From a virus, in IMG/VR virus record IMGVR_UViG_3300045988_173425, positions 36,970-100,969 of that record: a stretch of DNA of 64,000 nucleotides. One strand, written 5' to 3'. Positions 24,805 through 33,856 of this stretch are shown here, in pieces. A program made the translations under genes and the position numbers. The first letter of the stretch is position 1. The number at the start of each line of letters is the position of its first letter. Below the pieces are notes generated by a model. It ran no database searches. It was not told the DNA's origin and was given only the letters and a program-made list of their open reading frames with translations.

Positions 24805-25391
24805 ACGAAATCACAAGGACCTTTCACGAGGCCAGTAAATACCGCAACGATCACTTGCGAAAGGCCATTGGCTGTTTTCAAGGAAACACTTTGACCGATG
24901 ATGCGCTTGAAAAGGCGAAGAAGCATCAGGTGAATGACGTGAAGCCAGATGACCCGAGATACGTTTGGACTGAATACACTTCAGGAAAATTCGGATGGAG
25001 GCTCCGGAAACCTGTTCTTTCTGTTCCTCTCACGGCCATAAAGGGAAACATTACCAAGCCGATGAGGACGAAATATCCGTTGAGTGTGTATGCTTCGCCA
25101 GTATTGGAAGCGATTAGAAATTATGCTTTGAACGTTATCAACAATCCAGTCGTGTACACCGATGTTCAGTTGTCGAACGCTCAAGGATGGTTCGATAGCG
25201 TTGATAAGGAATTAGAGGAACGTCGGCGACAGAAAGAGGCTAAAAAAGAAGCCCGTCGCGCACGTCGGAAGGCTGATGCAATTCGCCGTTCTACAACTTA
25301 TTACGACGGAGGTGTACCGGGTACAGCGAAACACGAAGGGGAATTCGGTAAGAAACTCGCTCAAACGGGCGAACACAACGAAAAAGATTGA
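24795..25391 (+). CDS. hypothetical protein carrying the shared YVWTEY..GKF.WR motif
   Basis: 198 aa. Motif EKAKKHQVNDVKPDDPRYVWTEYTSGKFGWRLRK at aa 39-72. Basic C-terminus. Confidence 0.7.
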   Translation: MEVDEITRTFHEASKYRNDHLRKAIGCFQGNTLTDDALEKAKKHQVNDVKPDDPRYVWTEYTSGKFGWRLRKPVLSVPLTAIKGNITKPMRTKYPLSVYASPVLEAIRNYALNVINNPVVYTDVQLSNAQGWFDSVDKELEERRRQKEAKKEARRARRKADAIRRSTTYYDGGVPGTAKHEGEFGKKLAQTGEHNEKD

Positions 25392-26323
25392 TGATTTTTA
25401 ACAACCGCCAAATAGACGACATGGTCGGTATTCTCCGGCGTTGGCAGTATCTCTTTATTGCCAAACACGTCGGATTGGACTACCTTACGCAGTCTGAAAT
25501 TGATATCTTGGTAGCGTCGGGAGTCAACGTCGATAAGTACAAGAACTCAAAGGGTATCATCGAACACGCTTTTTTGTTTGGAATCTTGGCTGAAGCAATC
25601 GGTGACACACGCGCCAAGAAGATGAACTACAAGCAGTTTCTCCAGTTCTTGAAATCGGGGAACTTCGTTCCGCTCACCGAACAGGAAGAAAACGCGCTGA
25701 ACTACCTCAAGAACCGCGCCTATACCGACATCACGTCACTCGGCAACCGGATCGTCACCGGAACGCGCAACGCAGTACTCAAGTCGAACTTTCGCCAGCA
25801 ATCGGCAATACGTCAGCAAATCAAAGATAAGGCCATTCAAGCCGTTCAACTTCGTAAGGGAGCGCGGTATATAGCCAGCGAACTGGGGAACCTTACCCAA
25901 GACTGGGGACGCGATTGGCTGCGTATTGCGTATTACCTTCTCCACGAAGCCTACAATGTAGGTCGCGCTGAAAGTATTTTCAAGCAACACGGTCCTGATG
26001 CCAAGGTGTATTTCGACGTTTACCCCGGCGCGTGTGCTAAATGCCGCGAATTGTACTTGGAAGACCCTGAAGACCTCAACTCAAAGCCGAAACTGTTCCG
26101 CTTGGCAGACCTTATTGCCAACGGTAACAATATTGGACGCAAAGTGGCTGAATGGCTCCCGACGATTGACCCAACGCACCCCTACTGCCGGTGTACGATC
26201 AACTTCGTTCCTGACGGCTTCGAATGGGACCCCGCAACACGCGCCTTCACCAAGCCAGTTAAGCGTCAATTCAAGAACCCAAAGTTAAAGAACGTGAAAC
26301 TTAACATTAAAGTTACCAAATAA
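25391..26323 (+). CDS. MuF / SPP1 gp7-like minor head (head morphogenesis) protein
   Basis: The ATG at 25391 shares its A with the upstream TGA; the track start 25388 is TTG. Has CAKCRELY and the family-typical PTHPYCRCTINF near the C-terminus. Confidence 0.7.
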   Translation: MIFNNRQIDDMVGILRRWQYLFIAKHVGLDYLTQSEIDILVASGVNVDKYKNSKGIIEHAFLFGILAEAIGDTRAKKMNYKQFLQFLKSGNFVPLTEQEENALNYLKNRAYTDITSLGNRIVTGTRNAVLKSNFRQQSAIRQQIKDKAIQAVQLRKGARYIASELGNLTQDWGRDWLRIAYYLLHEAYNVGRAESIFKQHGPDAKVYFDVYPGACAKCRELYLEDPEDLNSKPKLFRLADLIANGNNIGRKVAEWLPTIDPTHPYCRCTINFVPDGFEWDPATRAFTKPVKRQFKNPKLKNVKLNIKVTK

Positions 26324-27282
26324 TGAAAAACAAAATCGTACAAGACCCCCCGTTTACCATGCAGATCGAGCCGACCGAGGGGTGCAATCTGGGGTGTTCG
26401 TTCTGTGGTCTTCACGGTATGCGCGAAAAAGGGACTAAACCGTGGAATTTCATGACCGTTGAAACCGCCGAGCGTATTGCTTCGGAGGTGGCACGCGTGG
26501 GGTGGAACTGTAAGTTCGTGTTCGCTATGCACGGCGAGCCGACGCTCAACCCCGCGTTCATCGACATCGTGGCTACGTTCCGCAAGCACTTGCCGAAGGC
26601 TGTGTTCCATATGTACAGCAACGGCTACGCCATGAACCACGCTGCTGACACGTCCGAGTACCTCGACCGCCTGTTCGAGGCCGGCATGAACGACATACTG
26701 GTAGACTGTTACACAGCCAACGGCGACTGGAACTTCGTCGAGAAGATCGACGTTGAAAAGTACAACGTCGTCACGCTGGAACCGGGCGTTCCGTACTACT
26801 ATCCCAAGCAGGGGCGCCGTATCTGCCTGCTGCCGCCTATCGCCGAAGACGATACCAACAAGATGACGCGTCGTCTGGCCAATCACTGCGGTGCAGCGTT
26901 CCCGCTCGACGATTCGTTCAACAACAAGCGCTGCACCTTCCCGTTCCGTGAACTGGATGTGCGCTGGAATGGCCAGGTGTGTCTGTGCTGTGACGACTTC
27001 CGCGGCGAATATCCTATCGCCAATATCCACGATATGCCTATCGAGGACCTTTGGAACCATCCGCGTTTCCACGCTGCTCGCGTTATGCTGTACAACAACG
27101 ACCGCCGCTTCCGGCCGTGTCAAGGGTGTACACACGTCAGCGTCCGCGTCGGATTCCTGCCTGACAAAATGGGCAAGAAAACGCTGCCGCCTATTACGCC
27201 TGAAATTCGCCGCATGGCTGAAGACGTGTCGAAGGACGGCCCGTGTGCTGAGAAGATTTACAAACGGCCATGGGAAAAATAA
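26323..27282 (+). CDS. radical SAM enzyme with extra C-terminal Cys-rich (SPASM/twitch-like) region
   Basis: CNLGCSFC (CxxxCxxC) at aa 21-28. C-terminal CTFPF...NGQVCLCCDDF...RPCQGC. TAATG overlap with the MuF-like gene. Confidence 0.8.
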   Translation: MKNKIVQDPPFTMQIEPTEGCNLGCSFCGLHGMREKGTKPWNFMTVETAERIASEVARVGWNCKFVFAMHGEPTLNPAFIDIVATFRKHLPKAVFHMYSNGYAMNHAADTSEYLDRLFEAGMNDILVDCYTANGDWNFVEKIDVEKYNVVTLEPGVPYYYPKQGRRICLLPPIAEDDTNKMTRRLANHCGAAFPLDDSFNNKRCTFPFRELDVRWNGQVCLCCDDFRGEYPIANIHDMPIEDLWNHPRFHAARVMLYNNDRRFRPCQGCTHVSVRVGFLPDKMGKKTLPPITPEIRRMAEDVSKDGPCAEKIYKRPWEK

Positions 27283-27950
27283 AGTACCTCTGTGTCGAGC
27301 CGCACGCGGGTGATCTCCTGATGAGCGCTTGTCACGTTTTAGTAGCACCCGAACGTCGTATTCGGGTGCTTACTGTTGATAACACGCCATCGCCGCTCGC
27401 TGAACAGCGTAAATTGTACGATTTTCTGGGAATCGGCGTGGACTGTCTGGACTTGGAGTTAGAAGATGTCCGTTGTAGCGATTTCAAGACCCATTACAGG
27501 GATTATAGCTATGAAAGCGTCTATATGTACCTTCGTACTAAATTCGGGACTGATGGGCTTAATTTCGCCGAACAAACGCTTCGTGATTATTTGCGTAAGT
27601 TTATGCGCCGCAACCCCGGATACACCCTGTTAGCGCCGTTGGGTGCAGGCAATCCCTTCAACCAGTTTGTACACGATACGGTGTATGATACGGCATCCGG
27701 GGCGGAATATTATCGCGACTTTCCGTATTCGTACACGCGCCGCGGCTGTAGCCAGATTCAAGTCCAGTGCTACGGTAGCGAAAGTTTGTTGATGAAACGC
27801 CGCGTTGATGTTGGTGATATGTTCGACGTTAAGTGGGAACTGGCGCTGCGCTTTTATCCGTCGTTAGAGCCTACGATGAACAAATATCAACGTTTTATAG
27901 AACAAAACCCACCCGAGGAAATTTGGTACGAGGGTGACTTACCGTTTTGA
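27270..27950 (+). CDS. hypothetical protein with weak LmbE/PIG-L-like pattern
   Basis: N-terminal strand plus LCVEPHAGDLL (compare the family motif AHPDDE; the His and the i+3 Asp are kept) and a later QFVHD. Overlaps the radical SAM gene by 13 nt. Confidence 0.3.
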   Translation: MGKIKYLCVEPHAGDLLMSACHVLVAPERRIRVLTVDNTPSPLAEQRKLYDFLGIGVDCLDLELEDVRCSDFKTHYRDYSYESVYMYLRTKFGTDGLNFAEQTLRDYLRKFMRRNPGYTLLAPLGAGNPFNQFVHDTVYDTASGAEYYRDFPYSYTRRGCSQIQVQCYGSESLLMKRRVDVGDMFDVKWELALRFYPSLEPTMNKYQRFIEQNPPEEIWYEGDLPF

Positions 27951-27952
27951 GT

Positions 27953-28756
27953 ATGAATTGTCAATTCTTCGTCGTGTCCAAGAACCGTCCTAAATGCGTC
28001 ACGACCAAACTTCTGAAAAAGGGCGGCGTCGACTATCACATCGTAGTCGAGAAAGAAGACGTCGAGAAATACGTCGAAGCGGGTCACGAGCGTGAACGCC
28101 TTATCGTGCTGCCGGCATCGAATCGTGGCTACAGCTATGTAGTCAATTTCTGTAAGAACACCTACCTGCGCGAGGGGCGTCCAGTAGTGGTCATGGATGA
28201 CGATATCGCCAATTTCTTCTACTCTATTGACGGTGAAGCAAAATGCGGGCTTTCGTTGAAAACCCCTGAAGAGTTGGCTGAATTCTTCGAAGAGTTCAAC
28301 CGCGAAGTCATGGAAACAGACTTCGAGTACGGGACCATGGGGAAGAGCGCGTTTGACTGGAACTGCACCGACGTCAGTCCTCGCTTCAAATACGGTGGCA
28401 TCCCTCATCTCATCGTGTTCAAAGGCTTACGCACGCTGGAACTGGATTTTGACGAAAAGTTGGAGTTAAAGTGTGATATCGACTATTCGTTGAAGTGCAT
28501 GTACCTCGGTATCGTATACGCACGGTTCGTACGCTTTCTTCTCCAGAGTAAGATGAACAAGGAAGCCACCCAAGGCGGCGGTCTTCAGGACGTATACAAG
28601 CGTCAAGAGCGTGTACAGCGTGCTCACGATATTATCTTGAAGCGTTGGCCGCTTAACGCTCGTGTTGACGAAAAGAAGAAACCCATAAACGGCGTTCCGG
28701 AGTTGCGTATTGTGTACAAGAAGTTTGATATTGACTTTGACGCTGTAGAAGTGTAG
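27953..28756 (+). CDS. GT-A-like protein, paralog of 10127-10942
   Basis: ATG at 27953 (the track start 27947 is TTG). FFVVSKNR, DxD-like VVMDDD, later KCDIDY and QGGG..DVY, in the same order as in 10127-10942. Confidence 0.35.
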   Translation: MNCQFFVVSKNRPKCVTTKLLKKGGVDYHIVVEKEDVEKYVEAGHERERLIVLPASNRGYSYVVNFCKNTYLREGRPVVVMDDDIANFFYSIDGEAKCGLSLKTPEELAEFFEEFNREVMETDFEYGTMGKSAFDWNCTDVSPRFKYGGIPHLIVFKGLRTLELDFDEKLELKCDIDYSLKCMYLGIVYARFVRFLLQSKMNKEATQGGGLQDVYKRQERVQRAHDIILKRWPLNARVDEKKKPINGVPELRIVYKKFDIDFDAVEV

Positions 28757-28790
28757 GATTCCAAGTATTTATTGGAAAACTGCACAACGT

Positions 28791-30542
28791 ATGTCTGATA
28801 CTATCCAAAAAGCAAAGCACAACGTCGGCGACCACCACCCTACCCAGCCGTGGGTGTGGACGGAATACAAGCCCGGAAAATTCAACTGGCGTGTCGATAA
28901 GAACGCCCATTCCAAGTCCAGCGCCGATGCCGGTAAACAGTCAAGCGAATCGTCGGCCGACACACGCCTTGAAGCGTGGGCCAAGAAGACCAGTGACGAC
29001 AACCTCCTCAAGGTCGTTAACAATCCTAAAGGTAATGCCCAATTGCGCCAGATCGCGTACAACGAGTTGAAGTCTCGTAACGTCGATCTTTCGCAGGTTG
29101 ATACCAGTGGTACGTTGGCTACGCTGTTGAAGATGACCGTCAAGCAAGACCCCGTCGCGCCTACTGGCACCAAAGCGCAGGTAGATATCAACGACGGCGA
29201 GGGCGGTAACGACGACGGTGAAATCATCGAGGACTGGTTCCTCAATCCTGAAGACCCGCGTATTCAGAAGAAGTTCAACAAACTTCAGAGCCGTCAAGAC
29301 CGTATCGCCTACGACCGTTTTGTCTACGCGATGAAGAAGAAGGACCCCGATTATCAGCCGCCCATCGAAGTGATGTACGACTTGAACCGCCAATATCTGG
29401 AGTTCTTGGATAACAAGGAGCAGCGATTCATGATCTCGGCTGGCGGTGCTGGTATCGGTAAGTCGTACGGTTTCAAGAAAATTGCTGAACTCCTCAACAA
29501 GCGTCCGTTTGACGCTGAAACTGATTCGCCGGGTGATGGTGACTACGACTATGTTGAGTTGGGTGATATCAACTCCAAGAAGCAGCTGTTGAACGTACTT
29601 AAAGCCCACAACGGCAAAATCCTTCTGTTCGACGATACTGACTCGGTAATCACTCGCGCCGACCTGGCTTCTATCATGAAGAAGGCTACGGCCGCATCTG
29701 GTAAGCGTGTGGTCGGCGATCCTGAAGACGTCAAGTCGAACTTCGTATTCACGGGCCGCATCATCATCATGACCAACAAGGACCTCGTCAACCTTTCCAA
29801 GAACGAGGACACCAAGGCTATTATTTCGCGTGCTACGCTGACGTCGGAAGTTTATCTCACCGTCGACGAAACGATCGAAGTACTGAAAGACCGTTACGAG
29901 GATATGGACATTCCCCAGCAGCCGCATCTCGATGACCCCGAGGAAGACAAGCAGGAGCGCAAGGAGTTGTACGATCTTATCGTTAAGAACCGTGCCAAGA
30001 TTGACCCTGCAAAGTTCACCACCCGTACCTTTGGCACTATTCTTTCGGAGAAGCGCCTTACGGATCGTGGCAACAAACGTGCAAAACTTGGAGGGCAGTG
30101 GACCAGCGTCATCGGCAACAAGCAAAAGGAGTGGGAACGGGCGGCAGTGCGTGCACTGACGAAGTCACTCGCGTACGAGGCCATACAACCGATCGAAACC
30201 TCCGATGAGATAGCCAAGGCCGAAGCCCTGCTCAACGAAGCAGAATCGCTTGAAAAGGCCGAATTCACCGAGAAGCAGCGTGAGCGTCTTGCCGACAAAA
30301 AGGAGGCTCTGCCTGACGGTTCGTTCCCGATTCGTAACAAGTCCGACCTGAAGAACGCCATTCGGTTGGCAGGTAACGCCAAAAATCCTGAACGCGCCCG
30401 CCGTTGGATCAAGCGCCGCGCCAAGTCGCTCGGCGCCGAAGACATGATCCCCGACACTTGGAAGGCTCAACAGACAGAACTCGGTGCGTTGCCGGCTGAC
30501 GATATGTCGATTGAAAAAGCAGAAACCCTTTTGTTTGGATAA
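28791..30542 (+). CDS. AAA+-type P-loop ATPase with N-terminal shared motif and C-terminal SFPIR..DL.NAI module
   Basis: Walker A SAGGAGIGKS, Walker B KILLFDDTD, sensor-1-like IIIMTNK, AIISRA. N-terminal KAKHNVGDHHPTQPWVWTEYKPGKFNWRVDK. C-terminal DGSFPIRNKSDLKNAIRLAGNAKNPERARRWIKRRAKSLG. Confidence 0.65.
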   Translation: MSDTIQKAKHNVGDHHPTQPWVWTEYKPGKFNWRVDKNAHSKSSADAGKQSSESSADTRLEAWAKKTSDDNLLKVVNNPKGNAQLRQIAYNELKSRNVDLSQVDTSGTLATLLKMTVKQDPVAPTGTKAQVDINDGEGGNDDGEIIEDWFLNPEDPRIQKKFNKLQSRQDRIAYDRFVYAMKKKDPDYQPPIEVMYDLNRQYLEFLDNKEQRFMISAGGAGIGKSYGFKKIAELLNKRPFDAETDSPGDGDYDYVELGDINSKKQLLNVLKAHNGKILLFDDTDSVITRADLASIMKKATAASGKRVVGDPEDVKSNFVFTGRIIIMTNKDLVNLSKNEDTKAIISRATLTSEVYLTVDETIEVLKDRYEDMDIPQQPHLDDPEEDKQERKELYDLIVKNRAKIDPAKFTTRTFGTILSEKRLTDRGNKRAKLGGQWTSVIGNKQKEWERAAVRALTKSLAYEAIQPIETSDEIAKAEALLNEAESLEKAEFTEKQRERLADKKEALPDGSFPIRNKSDLKNAIRLAGNAKNPERARRWIKRRAKSLGAEDMIPDTWKAQQTELGALPADDMSIEKAETLLFG

Positions 30543-30545
30543 CGC

Positions 30546-32930
30546 ATGGATGAACTGAGAAAAGCGTTGGAAACATTCGCCCTTCGTAATGCAGAGGGCG
30601 AAGTTTCTGACGCATTATTGGAGAAAGCGTGCGAAGCGTACAAGGCTCGTTCTTCAGAGTTCGTCGATGATTACGAGTACAACCTGTATGTGGCAAAATC
30701 AGTCTACGACCACATACACGGCGTTGATCAGGACCCTGAAATAACAAAAGCCATCATGCCCGGCCAAACCAAGGTCGTTAACGGCGTGGTGTATATTTGG
30801 ACGCTGACTCCAAACGCCAAAACAACTTACGATTGGCGAGTTTACAAAAATGCCAATGGTAAGCCCATAGGCGCTGCTGCTTCAAAATCGCCGTCTACTC
30901 TGGCCAAGGAGGAAAAGGTCGTCAACGAAATGTTCCCGGCCGATACTTCAGAACTGACGTTTGTAAAGAAATTAGGCGGTTCTACAGGGGCTGAGTTGAT
31001 GAAAGACTCCAAGGGCCGTGAGTTTGTTGTCAAGAGTTCGAAGAATACCAGCCGCGGTCACGTTGCCGCAGAATACTACGCCGCGCAAGTTTACAGTCTT
31101 TTGGGGCTGGACACCCCGGACTATGAGTTGTATGACGACGGAACCGACCTGACACTTATTTCGAACTACATGCGCGGTATGTCCGAACCGCAGGCCAAGG
31201 ACTATGACGCCATGGCCAAGGGGTTTGCGGTTGATGCATTTCTGGCCAATTGGGATGTATATCAAAATGACAATTGCTTGGTAGACGCTGCCGGTAAAGT
31301 CTATCGTGTTGATAACGGCGGCTCGTTTAACTACCGAGCGCAGGGAGCGCAAAAGCCTTTCATTGGTCAAATCGACTGGGACGGAATGGTGAAATACAAC
31401 CCGAGTATTATCGCCAACCTCACCCCGCAAGACTTTATTGACCAGATTGATGCTCTCAAGGCTCGTAAGGACGAAATATTGGCGTTCTTTGACGCTGGCA
31501 AACTGGCCTCTAAACCGAAGATGCGCGCCATAATTGAAGCCCGTTTTGACGATTTAGATCGCATTCGCGGCATGTATGAGGTAGAACTCCAGCGCACCAC
31601 CAGAAAGATTAAACCGCGGACACTGAAATCGCCTGCGGATATGTATCGCGATTTTACCGACGACGAGGTTAACAGTTTCTGGCAAAACGCCGCAGGTAAT
31701 TCGTATTACCAGAAGTTGCAAAACCACAGTGGCTCTACAGGTTGGAACATACTTTCTGCCGTGTGCGGCGAACGTGGTTTTGACGCTCGCCCTGAAGTAG
31801 TCGATGACGCTACGTTCTGGGCAAAGGTAGCGCAAGCCAAATACCATATGTTCCGCGGTGTTGACCGTAAGGGAACCGACAAAGACTATTACGCTGACGA
31901 CTTTAAGTACAACGACGAATGTTTCTACGGAACGGTTGGCGTTTACGCTGAAGGAATCTATTTCCATGTCAACGATTCAGCCAACGCTAATCGAACTCCC
32001 TCGGGGTATCAACACACCTCTGCCTACAAGAACGCGCGTGGTTACGCTGGGTCTGGGGCGATCATCGAGGCTTGTCTTGATTCCAGCGCCAAAGTCATAA
32101 CTGTCGAAGACGCCAAGAAGGAAGTGTCTCAGTTATCAACCGTTAATTCTCCGGCATTCAAGGCTGCTCGTAAGGAACTCGATGACGCTACGGCGGAATA
32201 CGAGCGTATCAACGACGAACTCATAAACCTTACCGATAACACCAAGAACAAGGTTAAGGCCGACATGCACTGGGACGATGCTTCGTTTGTAGACATTCCG
32301 CTTCAAATCGATCAGGTCATCGACTGGGGCGCTATCGACGATGACGGAAATCCGGCATACATGAAGTTTGACGAGTTCATGGATAATCACCTCAAGGGAT
32401 GGATAACAGCCAACGGCGGTACCATCACCGAAAAAGGTAAAGGCACAGGCGACTTTGTTATTCGAATGCCGAACACTACGGAGCGATTCGTGTTCTCGCG
32501 CTATCGGTACGAGAACGACGCCATAAAACGCAAGAACGCTTTTGCGCGTCCGTACAGCTATCCCGTCCGCCAGTTTAAGGAATGGATAATGCGCGAGCAC
32601 TTTGGTAAGATTGAGGACGCCATCAAGGAGGCTGTTGACAATTTGGGCGATGAAGTTAATCGTTTACAAGGCGAGCGGAGTAAAGCGTACAATGTTTACA
32701 AGGAAAAGCAAAACGCGGTAAATAAGTTGAACGTAGGCGCTGTTGGCGATCCTGACAAAGACATTTACGCCGCTATTTACAAAAACGTCATCAAGGATCA
32801 AGATAACGAAGCGCTGGGCATATACGCCGCTTTGAAGGGATATGACGCTCTTATTCAGCCTAACGGAAACGGTTGTGGTAATTCGTTCATGATCGTGTTG
32901 AATCGCTCAAAAATCATTACTCGTAAATAG
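30546..32930 (+). CDS. large multidomain protein: atypical kinase-like domain plus possible ADP-ribosyltransferase-like domain
   Basis: aa ~135-345: GREFVVKSS (Lys), AAEYYA (Glu), VDAFLANWDVYQNDNCLVD..GKVYRVDNGGS (catalytic-loop/DxG-like). aa ~405-525: HMFRGV ... YGTVGVYAEGIYF ... GAIIEACL, reminiscent of an ART R / Y-x-G-I-Y-F / E triad. By eye only. Confidence 0.4.
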   Translation: MDELRKALETFALRNAEGEVSDALLEKACEAYKARSSEFVDDYEYNLYVAKSVYDHIHGVDQDPEITKAIMPGQTKVVNGVVYIWTLTPNAKTTYDWRVYKNANGKPIGAAASKSPSTLAKEEKVVNEMFPADTSELTFVKKLGGSTGAELMKDSKGREFVVKSSKNTSRGHVAAEYYAAQVYSLLGLDTPDYELYDDGTDLTLISNYMRGMSEPQAKDYDAMAKGFAVDAFLANWDVYQNDNCLVDAAGKVYRVDNGGSFNYRAQGAQKPFIGQIDWDGMVKYNPSIIANLTPQDFIDQIDALKARKDEILAFFDAGKLASKPKMRAIIEARFDDLDRIRGMYEVELQRTTRKIKPRTLKSPADMYRDFTDDEVNSFWQNAAGNSYYQKLQNHSGSTGWNILSAVCGERGFDARPEVVDDATFWAKVAQAKYHMFRGVDRKGTDKDYYADDFKYNDECFYGTVGVYAEGIYFHVNDSANANRTPSGYQHTSAYKNARGYAGSGAIIEACLDSSAKVITVEDAKKEVSQLSTVNSPAFKAARKELDDATAEYERINDELINLTDNTKNKVKADMHWDDASFVDIPLQIDQVIDWGAIDDDGNPAYMKFDEFMDNHLKGWITANGGTITEKGKGTGDFVIRMPNTTERFVFSRYRYENDAIKRKNAFARPYSYPVRQFKEWIMREHFGKIEDAIKEAVDNLGDEVNRLQGERSKAYNVYKEKQNAVNKLNVGAVGDPDKDIYAAIYKNVIKDQDNEALGIYAALKGYDALIQPNGNGCGNSFMIVLNRSKIITRK

Positions 32931-32931
32931 T

Positions 32932-33348
32932 ATGAAAAAAGAACCAAGATACGGCATAGCGCGTATGCGAACGGCCTCTGTCGTTGGCGGTATGGCTTCG
33001 CCGTATGTAAATCGTAAACAACCCTCGCAGTTGATACCGTTCAAGGGTGATCTCCCGATGCTGAACGATATTGAAGCGATAAAATTCCGCAACGCCATTC
33101 GCGATACGTTGGCTCTTGACGAGTTGAGCACCGTATTCCAGCGCGTGGCTACCGAGGGGCATCGTATTGCAGTCATGGAAGAAGGGTTCACGAAGTATTT
33201 GCGTGACCGCGGTGTAACGCCTGACGAGTTTGTAAAATTAAGCAACGCCGAGAAATCGGACTACTTGCTGGATTGGATGAATTTGAACTCCATTAGCTTG
33301 GAATCGCTTAAAATTACAATACACAATGGCGAAAATTACATACAATAA
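32932..33348 (+). CDS. hypothetical protein (138 aa)
   Basis: ATG ORF 1 nt after the upstream stop. Confidence 0.65.
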   Translation: MKKEPRYGIARMRTASVVGGMASPYVNRKQPSQLIPFKGDLPMLNDIEAIKFRNAIRDTLALDELSTVFQRVATEGHRIAVMEEGFTKYLRDRGVTPDEFVKLSNAEKSDYLLDWMNLNSISLESLKITIHNGENYIQ

Positions 33349-33850
33349 TCCCGCAGCGTTTGCTATCAACGACACTGTGAAAGAACTTATCAGCCGTGTG
33401 GCTGACGATACTGTCAACCCTGAAGTCGTCATCACCTCTACGCTTCGCAGTCCTGAAGCGCAGGCCAAAGCCATGGCTGATAACCTTTACGCCGGCAAGC
33501 GTATTCGTTATCGCGCTCCGGGTGCAGCGGTTGTAAAGGTTTTTGACGACAACTGCAAGAAGCAGGCCCGTTCTGAAGTCGAGAAACTGATGGTCGCTGA
33601 AATCAAGCGTCAAGCCTCGTTGGGGCAGCGTGTTTCGCTCCACTGCACAACCGAAGAGTTATACCGCCAGTGCAACATCATCGATCTGTCGATCACCCGC
33701 ATGAAAAACCCACGCGACTTCACAAAAGCATTGGCCAAAGAAGAAAAGTGCCGTAAAATTATTACGCCGCTTGGCGATACGAAGTACGACAGTCCGAAGG
33801 TTTCTATTGACGCCAACGAGCCTGCAATACACGTTGAAATAATGGCGTGA
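33326..33850 (+). CDS. hypothetical protein (174 aa); faint LAS/M15-like N-terminal motif only
   Basis: ITSTLRSPEAQ resembles the ItSgyRs.e.Q motif of M15 peptidases, but the H-x6-D / H metal motifs are not evident. Confidence 0.6.
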   Translation: MAKITYNNPAAFAINDTVKELISRVADDTVNPEVVITSTLRSPEAQAKAMADNLYAGKRIRYRAPGAAVVKVFDDNCKKQARSEVEKLMVAEIKRQASLGQRVSLHCTTEELYRQCNIIDLSITRMKNPRDFTKALAKEEKCRKIITPLGDTKYDSPKVSIDANEPAIHVEIMA

Positions 33851-33856
33851 CAACTA

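Noticed and set aside
26323-27282. Radical SAM protein as a viperin-like or QueE-like enzyme
   Set aside because: It has additional C-terminal Cys clusters that viperins and QueE lack, and its length and motif spacing differ. No DpdA, FolE, QueC or QueD genes for 7-deazaguanine are present in the window.
26266-27348. 360-aa minus-strand ORF opposite the radical SAM gene. Similar long antisense ORFs lie at 28941-30125, 43826-44947, 12434-13114, 1670-2506, 37274-38083 and 61639-62352
   Set aside because: Each lies entirely within a plus-strand gene that has recognisable motifs or operon coupling. None has motifs of its own, and all would break the uniform strand organisation. Treated as shadow ORFs.
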